DNA of 64,000 bases from Myxococcota bacterium (lineage in GTDB: Bacteria; Myxococcota_C; UBA6777). How positions within the stretch are numbered: position 1 is the stretch's first letter; each line of letters opens with the position of its first letter. Below the pieces are notes generated by a model, which ran no database searches, had not been told where the DNA came from, and worked only from the letters and a program-made list of their open reading frames with translations. Position numbers and translations under genes: made by a program. Of the stretch, positions 1-9,065 are shown one piece after another. Location: NCBI GenBank assembly GCA_023150835.1, contig JAKLKB010000017.1, forward strand, positions 62,001 to 126,000, in the 5' to 3' direction.

Positions 1-1
1 A

Positions 2-760
2 TTACGGATCTTCGGGGACGAAGCGATAACCGACGCCCCAGACGGTTTGGATCAGGGTGGGTTCTTTGGGGTCGCGTTCGAGTTTTTTGCGGAGCTTGCT
101 GATGTGGACGTCGACGGAGCGGTCGAATACTTCGAACTCGCGGCCACGAACGAGATCGAGGAGCTGTTCGCGTTTCCAGACGTGGTGGGGGCGATGGGCG
201 ATCAACCAGAGCAGATCAAATTCGGAGGCGGTGAGTTCGATCGGCTGGTTTCGGCAGAAGACTTCGCGGGTGGTTTGGTTGATCGACAAGGTGCCGATGA
301 TAAGGGTTTCTTGGGCGGGGCTTTGTGGAGAGGTGGCGTGTGGGTTTGTGGGGGCTGGGGGTGGTTGGGCTTGTGCGTCAAGCTGAATGCGCCGAAGGAT
401 GGCACGGATACGGGCGACGAGTTCGCGTAGGCTGAAAGGTTTGGGCAGATAGTCATCCGCGCCGATTTCGAAACCGACGATGCGGTCGGTTTCTTCGCCG
501 CGAGCGGTGAGCATGAGGATGGGGATCGCAGCGGTGGAGGGGTGGGCGCGGAGTTGTCGGCATATCTCTAAACCGTCCATGCTGGGAAGCATCAGATCGA
601 GCAGGACAAGATCAAAGGGAGCATCGCGGGCGGCACGAAGTCCAGCGTTTCCGTCTTCTTCCCATTGCACGAAGAATCCGTAGTTTTCGAGGTATTGGCA
701 GGTATGTTCGGCAAGGATGGTATCGTCTTCGATGAGCAAGATACGCGATGTTTCGGACAT
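2..760 (-). CDS. OmpR/PhoB-family response regulator
   Basis: Receiver domain (LLIEDD, LLDLMLP, KPF) plus winged-helix C-terminus (RSVDVHISKLRKKLE...IQTVWGVGYRF); GGAGG upstream of ATG 760. Confidence 0.95.
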   Translation of the reverse strand: MSETSRILLIEDDTILAEHTCQYLENYGFFVQWEEDGNAGLRAARDAPFDLVLLDLMLPSMDGLEICRQLRAHPSTAAIPILMLTARGEETDRIVGFEIGADDYLPKPFSLRELVARIRAILRRIQLDAQAQPPPAPTNPHATSPQSPAQETLIIGTLSINQTTREVFCRNQPIELTASEFDLLWLIAHRPHHVWKREQLLDLVRGREFEVFDRSVDVHISKLRKKLERDPKEPTLIQTVWGVGYRFVPEDP

Positions 761-886
761 GATCGCCTCCTTTGAGCGGTTTGGATCGGAAGGATAGTCT
801 CAGATGTAAAAAAAGTGTAGGCCCCTAGAGCGCGGAATAAAGGGGGATTAGGTTGTGTGGAGGTGAGGCATCAGGAGGAGTCAGCG

Positions 887-2479
887 ATGTGGCGTTGGTT
901 GATGGGTCGGTTGTATCGGAAGTTGATCTTGAGTCATATCTTGGTGTTGTTGGCGTTGTTTGTGTTGATGGGTGGGGTGTTGCGTGTGTTTTATGTGGCG
1001 TATGTGGATCGAGCGCTGCGCGAGCGTTTTTGGGCGCAAACGACGTTGCTGTTGCAGCGGTTGGAGTCGATGGATCGGCGACTGCATTATGATCGAGAGA
1101 TGACGCCGCCCGCGCCCGAGCGGAGACCTTGGTGGAAGCGGTGGAGAGAGGGGCGGGCCTCCAAGCCGAAGCAAGAGGCGTCTAGCAAGCTGACGACGCA
1201 GGGAAAAGCAGGTCGCGTTCGGGTGGCGGCGTGGCTGGGTCAAGAGTGGGTCCAAGAGCGCTTGCGTGCGTGGTCTTTGTTGTTGAATGCGCGGGTGTTT
1301 GTGCATGATCGGGATATCTCTTGTTGGTTGGATGTGATGCCGAAGCGCTTTTCGGGGGCGTTGCGTCGGGTGGATGATCTGCGCTCGCGGGTGCAAGTGC
1401 GAGTGTTTGCGAGGCAGCGATGCCCGCGACGTTTGCGTCGGATGTATCGGCATTATCGGCGTAGCTTTGTACCGCATTGGGTGTTGACGCGGCGTTTGCA
1501 GGTGGAGGGGGTAGGGGAGGTGGAGCTGACTTTTTGGCAGATGTCACCCGTTCATTTGGAGGGGGCGGGTGTTTCGGTGCCGTTGGTGTTGATGGTATTG
1601 TTTGTGGGGTTGGCGTTATTGACGATCCCGATCAGTCGGAATATCGGGCGTCCATTGCGGCATTTGATGGAGCGTGTAAAGCGGATACCACAGGGGGATC
1701 TTGCGGATCCGATCGAGATTCGAGGGACAGATGAGGTTGCGGATCTTGCTCGAACCATCGAGGAGATGCGGCGTTCGCTGTTGCATCTGCACGAGCAGAG
1801 GGCGGCGTTGTTGTCAGATATCTCGCATGAGATGCGAACACCTCTGGCGCGGATACGGATGGTGGCGGAGTCTGTGGCGGATGGATTGATGCGGGAGGCG
1901 GCTCCGTTGGAGCGGGCGATGGAGGGGATCTGCGTGCAGGTGGATGAAGTCAATCAGATGTTGGGGGATCTGCTCGAACTGGCGCGTTTTGAAGTACCCT
2001 CGAAACAATTGTTGGAGTTGCAAGCGTTGGATGTACGGGCTTTGTTGGAAGAGCGAAGGCGGCATTTGTCGCTGGCGGCGGAGTCAAAGCGTGTGCAGAT
2101 CGTGCTGGAGAGTGCGGATGCCTCTTTTCCGCCGATCCAAGGGGATGCGCGTCGTCTCAAGCAAGTGATCAACAACCTTGTGCAAAATGCGCTGCGCTAC
2201 AGTCCAGAGGGTGGAGAGATCAAGCTGCGATTGAAGCGGAACGATGGGGGTTTGTGCGTGGAGGTTGCGGATCAGGGGCCGGGGATTCCTGAAACGGAGC
2301 GCGAGCGGATCTTTGAGCGGTTTGTTCGACTTGATGCTTCGCGATCGCGCAAGACGGGGCATCAAGGACTGGGGTTGGCGATCGTCAAGCAGTTGGTGGA
2401 ATCGCATGGTGGCCGTGTGGGGGTTCGAGAAGCCGAAGGGGGCGGTGCATGTTTTTGGTTCACGTTGCCGACGGCCTAG
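887..2479 (+). CDS. Membrane sensor histidine kinase (HAMP-HisKA-HATPase)
   Basis: Two TM segments, HAMP, H-box SHEMRTPL, N-box NLVQNALRY, G boxes DQGPGI and GLGLAIV; AGGAGG RBS before ATG 887. Confidence 0.95.
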   Translation: MWRWLMGRLYRKLILSHILVLLALFVLMGGVLRVFYVAYVDRALRERFWAQTTLLLQRLESMDRRLHYDREMTPPAPERRPWWKRWREGRASKPKQEASSKLTTQGKAGRVRVAAWLGQEWVQERLRAWSLLLNARVFVHDRDISCWLDVMPKRFSGALRRVDDLRSRVQVRVFARQRCPRRLRRMYRHYRRSFVPHWVLTRRLQVEGVGEVELTFWQMSPVHLEGAGVSVPLVLMVLFVGLALLTIPISRNIGRPLRHLMERVKRIPQGDLADPIEIRGTDEVADLARTIEEMRRSLLHLHEQRAALLSDISHEMRTPLARIRMVAESVADGLMREAAPLERAMEGICVQVDEVNQMLGDLLELARFEVPSKQLLELQALDVRALLEERRRHLSLAAESKRVQIVLESADASFPPIQGDARRLKQVINNLVQNALRYSPEGGEIKLRLKRNDGGLCVEVADQGPGIPETERERIFERFVRLDASRSRKTGHQGLGLAIVKQLVESHGGRVGVREAEGGGACFWFTLPTA

Positions 2480-3144
2480 TATGAGCCTACGTCGATCGGT
2501 TGTTCCGTTGCGATATCTGCCAATCTCCTGCTGAAGCGTTCGAGTTCTGTTTTTCTTTGTTCGTCGCTCATCCGAACTGGCCCGTTGACAACGTGTGGAG
2601 CCAATACATCAAAACCGACAAACTGAAGCATTCCTCGATGGATCGGCCTCAGGACGCCGTGAATGTCGCCATTGAGTCCCCCTTCGACATAGGCTTCCGC
2701 TGGTCCCCCAGTCGTGAGAGACAACATCGCACGTTTTCCGCAAAACACCCCCTTGCTGTATAACCGACCCCCGCCGTAGATGCGCCCCATCGCAAAAACA
2801 CGATCCACCCAACCCTTTAGAACCGCCGGAACGCTGAACCACCAGAGAGGGAATTGCCAAAGCATCAAGTCGCACCATTCGAGCTTTTCGATCTCCGTTT
2901 TGATCTCTTCGGAAAAGCCGTCCACCTCGGTGGCATACGCTTCTTCGCTCTGCAACTTGAGATAATTCGGATCCTTGACGCTTTTGAAATTGGCGCGACT
3001 GGACACAGGGTCGAACTGCATCGCGTGCAGATCTGACGTCACCACTTCCCATCCGCTGTTTGTAAGGGCTTGTTGTGCCGTGATAAACATCGCGTGGTTG
3101 AAGCTCTTGGATTCGGGGTGCCAATAAACAACAAATGCTTTCAC
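2476..3144 (-). CDS. NAD(P)H-dependent quinone oxidoreductase (flavodoxin_2 / NQO family)
   Basis: HPESKSFN, DLHAMQFDP, QFPLWWFSVPAVLKGWVDRVF, SLTTGG motifs; GTG start at 3144 chosen from upstream GGAGG. Confidence 0.9.
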   Translation of the reverse strand: MKAFVVYWHPESKSFNHAMFITAQQALTNSGWEVVTSDLHAMQFDPVSSRANFKSVKDPNYLKLQSEEAYATEVDGFSEEIKTEIEKLEWCDLMLWQFPLWWFSVPAVLKGWVDRVFAMGRIYGGGRLYSKGVFCGKRAMLSLTTGGPAEAYVEGGLNGDIHGVLRPIHRGMLQFVGFDVLAPHVVNGPVRMSDEQRKTELERFSRRLADIATEQPIDVGSY

Positions 3145-3279
3145 TCCTCGCCTCCGTGTTTGCGTGGATTTTTGGTGGGGGTCACGCTGCTGGTTTGACG
3201 TGAGGCGCAAAGGCCGTATGCGTCAAGATAAGCCCGCCAACAAAAACAAGAAATGTTCGTATCGGTCGCCGAACGGGGT

Positions 3280-3753
3280 TTACTTGCGATCGGGTTCAAA
3301 GTACGGATCACCTACGTCGTTCTTTCCTACCACCACGACGGAGAGATGTTGCCCTGTTTCTAATGCGATGGTTGGCTTTTTGATCGCTCCAGATACATCA
3401 CCACCGATCTCACTACAGAGATAGCCCCAATTACACTCTCGATCCACCCGCACGACGTAGATATCGCCGAGAGCGCATTCTTTTTGTGCGGTTGCTTTTT
3501 TCTCCGCCATTGTTTGCCGCTGTTGGCGCTCGGACGGAGAGAGTTGGCTAACAGAGCAATATGTTTCGTCTCGATACACAAGATACACCGAGATGTTCTT
3601 GCCATACATCAGCTTTTCGTTGCCTGCGATGTGAAGCTCTCGTTCGCGGTCGATGAGTTCGGGCAAACGCAGATGTGCCTCCGTACCGTCTTCAAGCTCC
3701 ACGATGTAGCCTTGAGCAAAATGGGATTTGATGGTTGCAGATATCGGATTCAT
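3280..3753 (-). CDS. Hypothetical protein, possibly two degenerate S1/OB-like domains
   Basis: 157 aa ORF with two beta-rich segments (GYIVELEDGTEAHLRLPE; WGYLCSEIGGDVSGAI) separated by a helix; domain call is inference. Confidence 0.55.
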   Translation of the reverse strand: MNPISATIKSHFAQGYIVELEDGTEAHLRLPELIDRERELHIAGNEKLMYGKNISVYLVYRDETYCSVSQLSPSERQQRQTMAEKKATAQKECALGDIYVVRVDRECNWGYLCSEIGGDVSGAIKKPTIALETGQHLSVVVVGKNDVGDPYFEPDRK

Positions 3754-3849
3754 CGACTCATCGAGGTGTGTGAGGGTGGCTTGGGGTGCGGCGCTTAGGT
3801 TGGGAGAGAGGGCGGGTGTGGTTGGGGTGCGGATTTTCAAATTGTCGGG

Positions 3850-4314
3850 TTAGAAAAGCTTGATCTTGCAGATCGTGTCATTCCAACGGGTTTTTGTGTC
3901 GCAGCATCCGCCGCGCAGGGAGCAGAGGTTGGTGTTTGCGCGGATGGTGAGCGTCTCGTTGGTTCCACATCGCGTCAGGACGGCACCTTTCGTTGCGCCC
4001 GAAAACTCGACATAGGAGATGTTCTTGGAAACGTGGGAACTGAGTGTGTGAGGTTGCCCGCCACAGACGGTCGTCAACAATTGGCTGCCAGCGCTACAGT
4101 GCATCAAGAGTTTCGCGCATTTTTGCACAGGTTGGCCGCATCTGTCACTGGTTTTTTGCCAGCGTTTGCCGCCAGCACAAACGTGTTTGTAGCCATCAAC
4201 GCAACGCTTGGCTCCGGGAGCACAGACGTTTCCTGCGCTTGCGGGGCTGGGGAGGAGCAACATCCCGAGTGCAAACAGGAAGGTGACAGGCAGGGTGGGA
4301 AGCAGTTTTCGCAT
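3850..4314 (-). CDS. Small secreted cysteine-rich protein
   Basis: AAGGAG RBS; signal peptide MRKLLPTLPVTFLFALGMLLLPSPASA; many Cys; ends RWNDTICKIKLF. Confidence 0.75.
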   Translation of the reverse strand: MRKLLPTLPVTFLFALGMLLLPSPASAGNVCAPGAKRCVDGYKHVCAGGKRWQKTSDRCGQPVQKCAKLLMHCSAGSQLLTTVCGGQPHTLSSHVSKNISYVEFSGATKGAVLTRCGTNETLTIRANTNLCSLRGGCCDTKTRWNDTICKIKLF

Positions 4315-4621
4315 CGTTCTCTCCTTGTGGGGTGTTTGTTTTTTGCTACCGAACAGCGATAGCAAAAAGGAAGCAACGGGTCTGAAATGTTCGTCGCTTC
4401 GTCGCGGTGCTGTGGATTTCTGCAAAAAAAACTGTGGTGGAAACAAAAAAATCAACGGATGATATTATCTTTTAATAGAAGGAGATCTAAAATGTTCCGT
4501 TTGGGCTGATCCGTTTCGGAACTTGTTGATCGCACTTGTCGCGGGTGTGTTGTGTTCGCTCAAACTTTTTTTGAGATCGCGTTTGTTTGATCAATAAAGC
4601 AGAAAAAGATTTCGATAGGAC

Positions 4622-4795
4622 AGGAGTTACGCAGTTGCCAAAAAAAAGCCGTGTTCGCGCTCTCTCAAGCGACAGAGTCGTTGTCTTGAAAGACCTGTGA
4701 TCTCTTCGTCAACACGGGGTCAAGGGAGCTGTGCTCTATGGCGGGGTGTGGGGTGGAACCCCACAAAAACCAGTCAACCGCGTAAGTTTTATCCT
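4622..4795 (+). repeat. Family A ~140 bp interspersed MITE/REP-like element, copy 1
   Basis: Core CCGTGTTCGCG..CAAGCGACAGAGTCG..ACGGGGTCAAGGG..GGGGTGTGGGGTGGAACCCCACAAAA shared with five other copies; imperfect inverted ends AGGAGTTACGCAGTTG / CAACCGCGTAAGTTTT. Confidence 0.85.
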
Positions 4796-6224
4796 ATTTA
4801 AAGAGAGCGATTACATCGGGATGTTGGTGGAGGTGCGCTTCGTCGATCGGTGTACGGCCCGAACGGTCGGCAACCAAGGGCGATGCGCCGTGTTGGAGCA
4901 AAAGCTGGACGGTGTGCGCCTGCCCAGCGGCAGCGGCGACGTGGAGGGGGGTGCGGCCATTGTAATCGCGAGCGTTGATATCTGCGCCATCGTCGAGCAT
5001 TCGTTGGATCCCTTCGAGATCGCCGATCTCGCTTGCTGCACACAAAAGGACGGGGTAGAGGGTGCGTTCGAGGTGGACTTTGTCGTCGGACGAAGCGATC
5101 GAGGAGATGGTGCGCGCTACGGAGTCAAGGAAGGCACGCTCGCGAAAAGAAAAGCGCGTTTGGTTTTGTGGTTCGCTGCGCTCTCCGCGAAGGGAGCGTT
5201 GCATCTGTTGTTTGATCTCGTCGGTGGGGAGGTCTTGGCTGAGTAGGTAGGCGAGTTTGGTCAGGGTAGCTTCGGGTGTCATATCGGAGCCGCTGATGAC
5301 GCCGACATCGTAGAGGGCGGATCCTGCGGCGTAATCGCTATTGACCATTCCTTTATGGCATTGGGTGCAATTGACGATGACAACGCCGCGTTCGGTGGCA
5401 AGGCGCAAGACTTCCATCAGATCGAGGCGGTTGGCAGGGAAGTTCCCTGATCCGTAGGTTTCGAGGACAAGTCCTTGGATGGGCGGTTTGAGGAAGTTGG
5501 CGAGTGCATCTGCGCGGATACCCGGGAATATCCGAACGGCAGCGACATCGCGGTTGGTGATGGTTTGGACGCGAAAGGGCTTGCGAGGGACGGAGCGGAT
5601 CAGATCCCAGTCGACTTGGATGTGAGTGCCTGTGGTGGCGAGGGGAGGGAGATTGCCAGAGTCAAAGGCTTGAAGTCCGGCAGCATCGACTTTTTGAGTG
5701 CGATTGCCCCGATACAGATGACCTCGAAAAAACAAGCAGACTTCAGGGATCTCGTAATGGCCTGCGAGGGTCATGGCCCCGAGCAGATTTTCGATGGCGT
5801 CGTTGCTGGATTGGGACAGCGGGATCTGGGAGCCTGTGAGGATGACCGTTTTGGCGAGATCTTCGAGCATAAAAGACAGGGCGGAAGCGGTGTAGGCCAT
5901 CGTATCGGTGCCATGTAAGATCACAAACGCATCGTAGGCATCGTAATGTTGCTCGATCAGGTGGGCGATCTGCACCCAGTCTTGGACATCCATGTAAGCG
6001 CTATCGATGGGATGGGCGTATTCGAGGACATCGTAGCGGATGCGTTTTCCAAAGCGTGAGGGAGGGGTGGTGAGGCGTGGCATGGTCTTGTCGTGGAATT
6101 GGGGCATAGCCTCAAGCTGGCGTTCGAGATAGCCGGATACAGGAGTGTATCCGCGTTCACTTGGCATCATCCCGATGGTTCCGCCCGTATAGAGCAGCAA
6201 AAGTCGTGCGATATCTGTTTGCAT
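4794..6224 (-). CDS. Type I L-asparaginase with C-terminal ankyrin repeats (ASPG / 60 kDa lysophospholipase-like architecture)
   Basis: TGGTIGM and HGTDTMAY asparaginase motifs; C-terminal GADINARDYNGRTPLHVAA..GRTPID ankyrin repeats. Confidence 0.92.
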   Translation of the reverse strand: MQTDIARLLLLYTGGTIGMMPSERGYTPVSGYLERQLEAMPQFHDKTMPRLTTPPSRFGKRIRYDVLEYAHPIDSAYMDVQDWVQIAHLIEQHYDAYDAFVILHGTDTMAYTASALSFMLEDLAKTVILTGSQIPLSQSSNDAIENLLGAMTLAGHYEIPEVCLFFRGHLYRGNRTQKVDAAGLQAFDSGNLPPLATTGTHIQVDWDLIRSVPRKPFRVQTITNRDVAAVRIFPGIRADALANFLKPPIQGLVLETYGSGNFPANRLDLMEVLRLATERGVVIVNCTQCHKGMVNSDYAAGSALYDVGVISGSDMTPEATLTKLAYLLSQDLPTDEIKQQMQRSLRGERSEPQNQTRFSFRERAFLDSVARTISSIASSDDKVHLERTLYPVLLCAASEIGDLEGIQRMLDDGADINARDYNGRTPLHVAAAAGQAHTVQLLLQHGASPLVADRSGRTPIDEAHLHQHPDVIALFK

Positions 6225-6243
6225 CGTGCGTCGTTGTCCTTTG

Positions 6244-7113
6244 TTAACCAAACATCTTGATCGGGAGCGTTTGATCGAAGAGATGCCCGGGGAGGACGAG
6301 ATGGATCATGCTGCGCCGCGTGGCATCGGGAACAAGGCGCTCAAGGGCCGCAGTGATCTGGGCTGGTGTATAACGCACAGAGAAGTGATAAAGCAACAAA
6401 CGTTCTGCTTCGAGGCGTTCAAAGGCGGTGATGGCTTCGGAGAGTGTGCTGTGAACGTCGGATGTATCGGGATCAAGAAAGGTGGCCTCGTGGATCAACA
6501 ACATCGCACCGCGTGAAGCCTCGTCTTGGAGGGGCTTTCCGTCGCCTGAAAAGACAAGGACGGGGACTTCGAGCCGATCGCTGAGGGCTTCGCGCCCTTG
6601 TGCTTCGATCAAGGTGCGGATGGCCTTGCCATCGAGCTTTTGAAACGCAGGGCGTAACTTCCAACGTTTTTGGACGATGCGGTAACCAAGGCAAAGATCA
6701 TAGGGGACGTGTTGGACTTCCATCGCGAGGGCTTCGAGGTCGCGGCCTGTGCGCAAGGCAACGCGATCTTCGGGCATCATGGGGTGCAGCTCGACCATCT
6801 CGTCCCAGTCGAAGAACTCTCCTGCGAGATAAGCAAAGTAACGTTGAAAGACACCCGATGTTGCGGGAAAATAGATGCGAAGTGGAGGCAGGGGGGATTC
6901 GTTGCGGAAGATGCCGCGCCGTCGCATCAACAAGAGCAGTCGCAAGCCTGTGAAATGGTCCACATGCGCATGCGATAAGAACACGTCTTGGATACCCAAC
7001 GCACGGGACTCCAAGAACGGCCCGATGCCCTCTCCTGCATCCAACAACAATCGCAGCGGCTCGATGTAAAACCAGTTCGATAACAAGGCTTTGGAGTATG
7101 CGGTAATGTGCAT
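6244..7113 (-). CDS. rnz: Short-form tRNase Z, metallo-beta-lactamase fold, Thermotoga (TM)-type
   Basis: SKAL..W N-terminus, DAGEG, SHAHVDHFTG (HxHxDH), KL-type short flexible arm (RWKLRPAFQKLDGKAI), SGD, HEAT, HST and HFSVRY motifs. Confidence 0.85.
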   Translation of the reverse strand: MHITAYSKALLSNWFYIEPLRLLLDAGEGIGPFLESRALGIQDVFLSHAHVDHFTGLRLLLLMRRRGIFRNESPLPPLRIYFPATSGVFQRYFAYLAGEFFDWDEMVELHPMMPEDRVALRTGRDLEALAMEVQHVPYDLCLGYRIVQKRWKLRPAFQKLDGKAIRTLIEAQGREALSDRLEVPVLVFSGDGKPLQDEASRGAMLLIHEATFLDPDTSDVHSTLSEAITAFERLEAERLLLYHFSVRYTPAQITAALERLVPDATRRSMIHLVLPGHLFDQTLPIKMFG

Positions 7114-7119
7114 ATCTTC

Positions 7120-9065
7120 TCAATCGGCGGAAAAAGGCGGAGCATCATCGTCCCAAGCACTCAACCATCCCTCGACATCTTGGGCGTATTGGAGAAAGGC
7201 TTGGTAAAAAGGCTCTGCACCCAAGGTCGCGCTGTCGCCAACGACCAGCAAAAAGCGTTTGGCCCGAGTCAAGGCGACGTTCATCGGACGAGATCGACGA
7301 TCACCGCTTCTTTTTCGCGTCCTTGGAAGCCGTCTACCGTGTCGATCTCAAGGCCCCGATGGTGAGCATCGGAAAGCAAGGCGCGCAGTTGCCGAACTTG
7401 TGCGTAATAAGGCGTAATCACCGCGATATACGTGGGTTGGATCCCTCGACCGAGCAGGCGTGTGACTTCTGCCGCGACGCGTGCGGCTTGTTCGGGGTTG
7501 GCGATGCTTGGGTCATCTTGGTCGTTGAGTTCGTTCCATCCCGTCCCTGCGGTGTCAAGAAACATCAGCGGATGTGGTCGCAAGGGATCTGAGGCCACTC
7601 CATCGAGATCTTCAAGGCGGTGAGCGCGGTTTTTGTCGGCGGCGATCAAGGCTCCGCCGTACAGTTGTGTCGATGGGAAGGACATAATGGTTTCATTCAT
7701 CCGATATTGGATGGTGAGCATCGTCAGCATCGAATCGCGTTTTTGTGCGTACATACGGGCAAAAAGAGTCTCGCCCAAGCCCGCTCGTTCGGCTTCAAGG
7801 TCGATCACGGTGGGAGGAAGCTGCATCGGATCGCCTGCCATGACGACACGGCGCGCACGGCTGAGGGCGACAAGGGCCATCGGATCGACCGCTTGGGTGG
7901 CTTCATCGAGGACGACGGTGTCAAACCGCCGTTTGCCCAACAAGCCCGAGTCTGCGCCTGCTGCGGTGGAGCAGATGACTTGCGAGCGATCCAAGATGGC
8001 CTCTTGAGCGCCTTTAAGCTGTCGGCGGGCATCGTTCATCAAAGCACGAGCTTCTTCTTTGAGTGTCAAACGCTCGGCGCGAGGCAGTTCACCACGGCTG
8101 ATCTTGCGCTCGATGCGGTTGCGGATCTCGCGGACCTCTCGCATCCAACGAGAGGCCAGAGCAAAGTCTTCTTCTTTTTCGAGCAAAGCATCCATCGTGT
8201 GGGCTTCGATGCGAGCCGAGACACGGGCAGGATGGCCCAATCGCACCACCGAGATCCCCGCATCGACGAGGCGCTCCGCAAGGTTATCGACAGCTGTGTT
8301 GCTTGCGGCGGTCGCGAGCACGCGCTCACCCCGCCGTACAGACTGGAGGATGAACTCGACCAAGGTTCGCGTTTTTCCCGTCCCGGGGGGGCCGTGGATC
8401 AAGGCGATGTGTTCGGCGGAAAGAGCAGTGTAGATCGCTGCTTGCTGTGGCGGGTTCAATCCACGATCCACCCAATGCAGCAGGCTCGGACGCGGTGCAA
8501 ACAGAGCGGGAGCCTCGCCATAAAAGATCTCACGCAGTTGGGCGATCTCGCCGTCACGGGCTTGCTTAAACGATTGGATCGCTTGTAAGCCCCGTTGGAA
8601 GGTGGTTTGCGGCTCATCTCGATCGAGCGAAAACGCCCCTTGTTCTAGGCGATCGACCAGATCTTCCACCATCACCCCCAATCGCTCGCCGCGACGGCGA
8701 CTGACGACCCCCAACACAGCTTCGGGGCTATCGGGATCCTCCCACCACAGCCGCACGGGATCGCCCGAACCTACGCGCAGATCACCCAGTCCTTGTCGGG
8801 CTGTTGTCTCCAGCCAGAGCAATAACCGCCCTCCCGGTGCTGCATCGACTTCGACCACGCGCAGATCGGTCAAGGCGTGTCCGTCATCCACCCGTTGCTT
8901 CAATGTTTTGGCACGCCGTTCTTCTAAAAATCGCGCATGGCTTGTTTCGCGCTCTTGCAACCACAACGCTTCGAGTTGCTCAAGCCGTTCTTTGGCCTTT
9001 CCCCCTGCTTTTGAACCGCTCTCTCTCCCATCAGGCCGAGAAGAAGGCTTGTTCGATATCGTCAT
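7120..9065 (-). pseudogene. SF1 Upf1/IGHMBP2-like helicase, frameshifted near 7285 with a short internal deletion
   Basis: GPPGTGKT, DEATQ, GDPMQLPP, IQYRMN, TVDGFQGREKE; ORF stops at VDLVR* (7281) but another frame continues MNVALTRAKRFLLVVGDSATL...PFSAD* to 7120. Confidence 0.85.

Noticed and set aside
7120-9065. Programmed frameshifting to explain the broken helicase or VIT genes
   Set aside because: Conserved residues are physically missing at the junctions and no canonical slippery heptamer is evident, so recoding could not restore the proteins.
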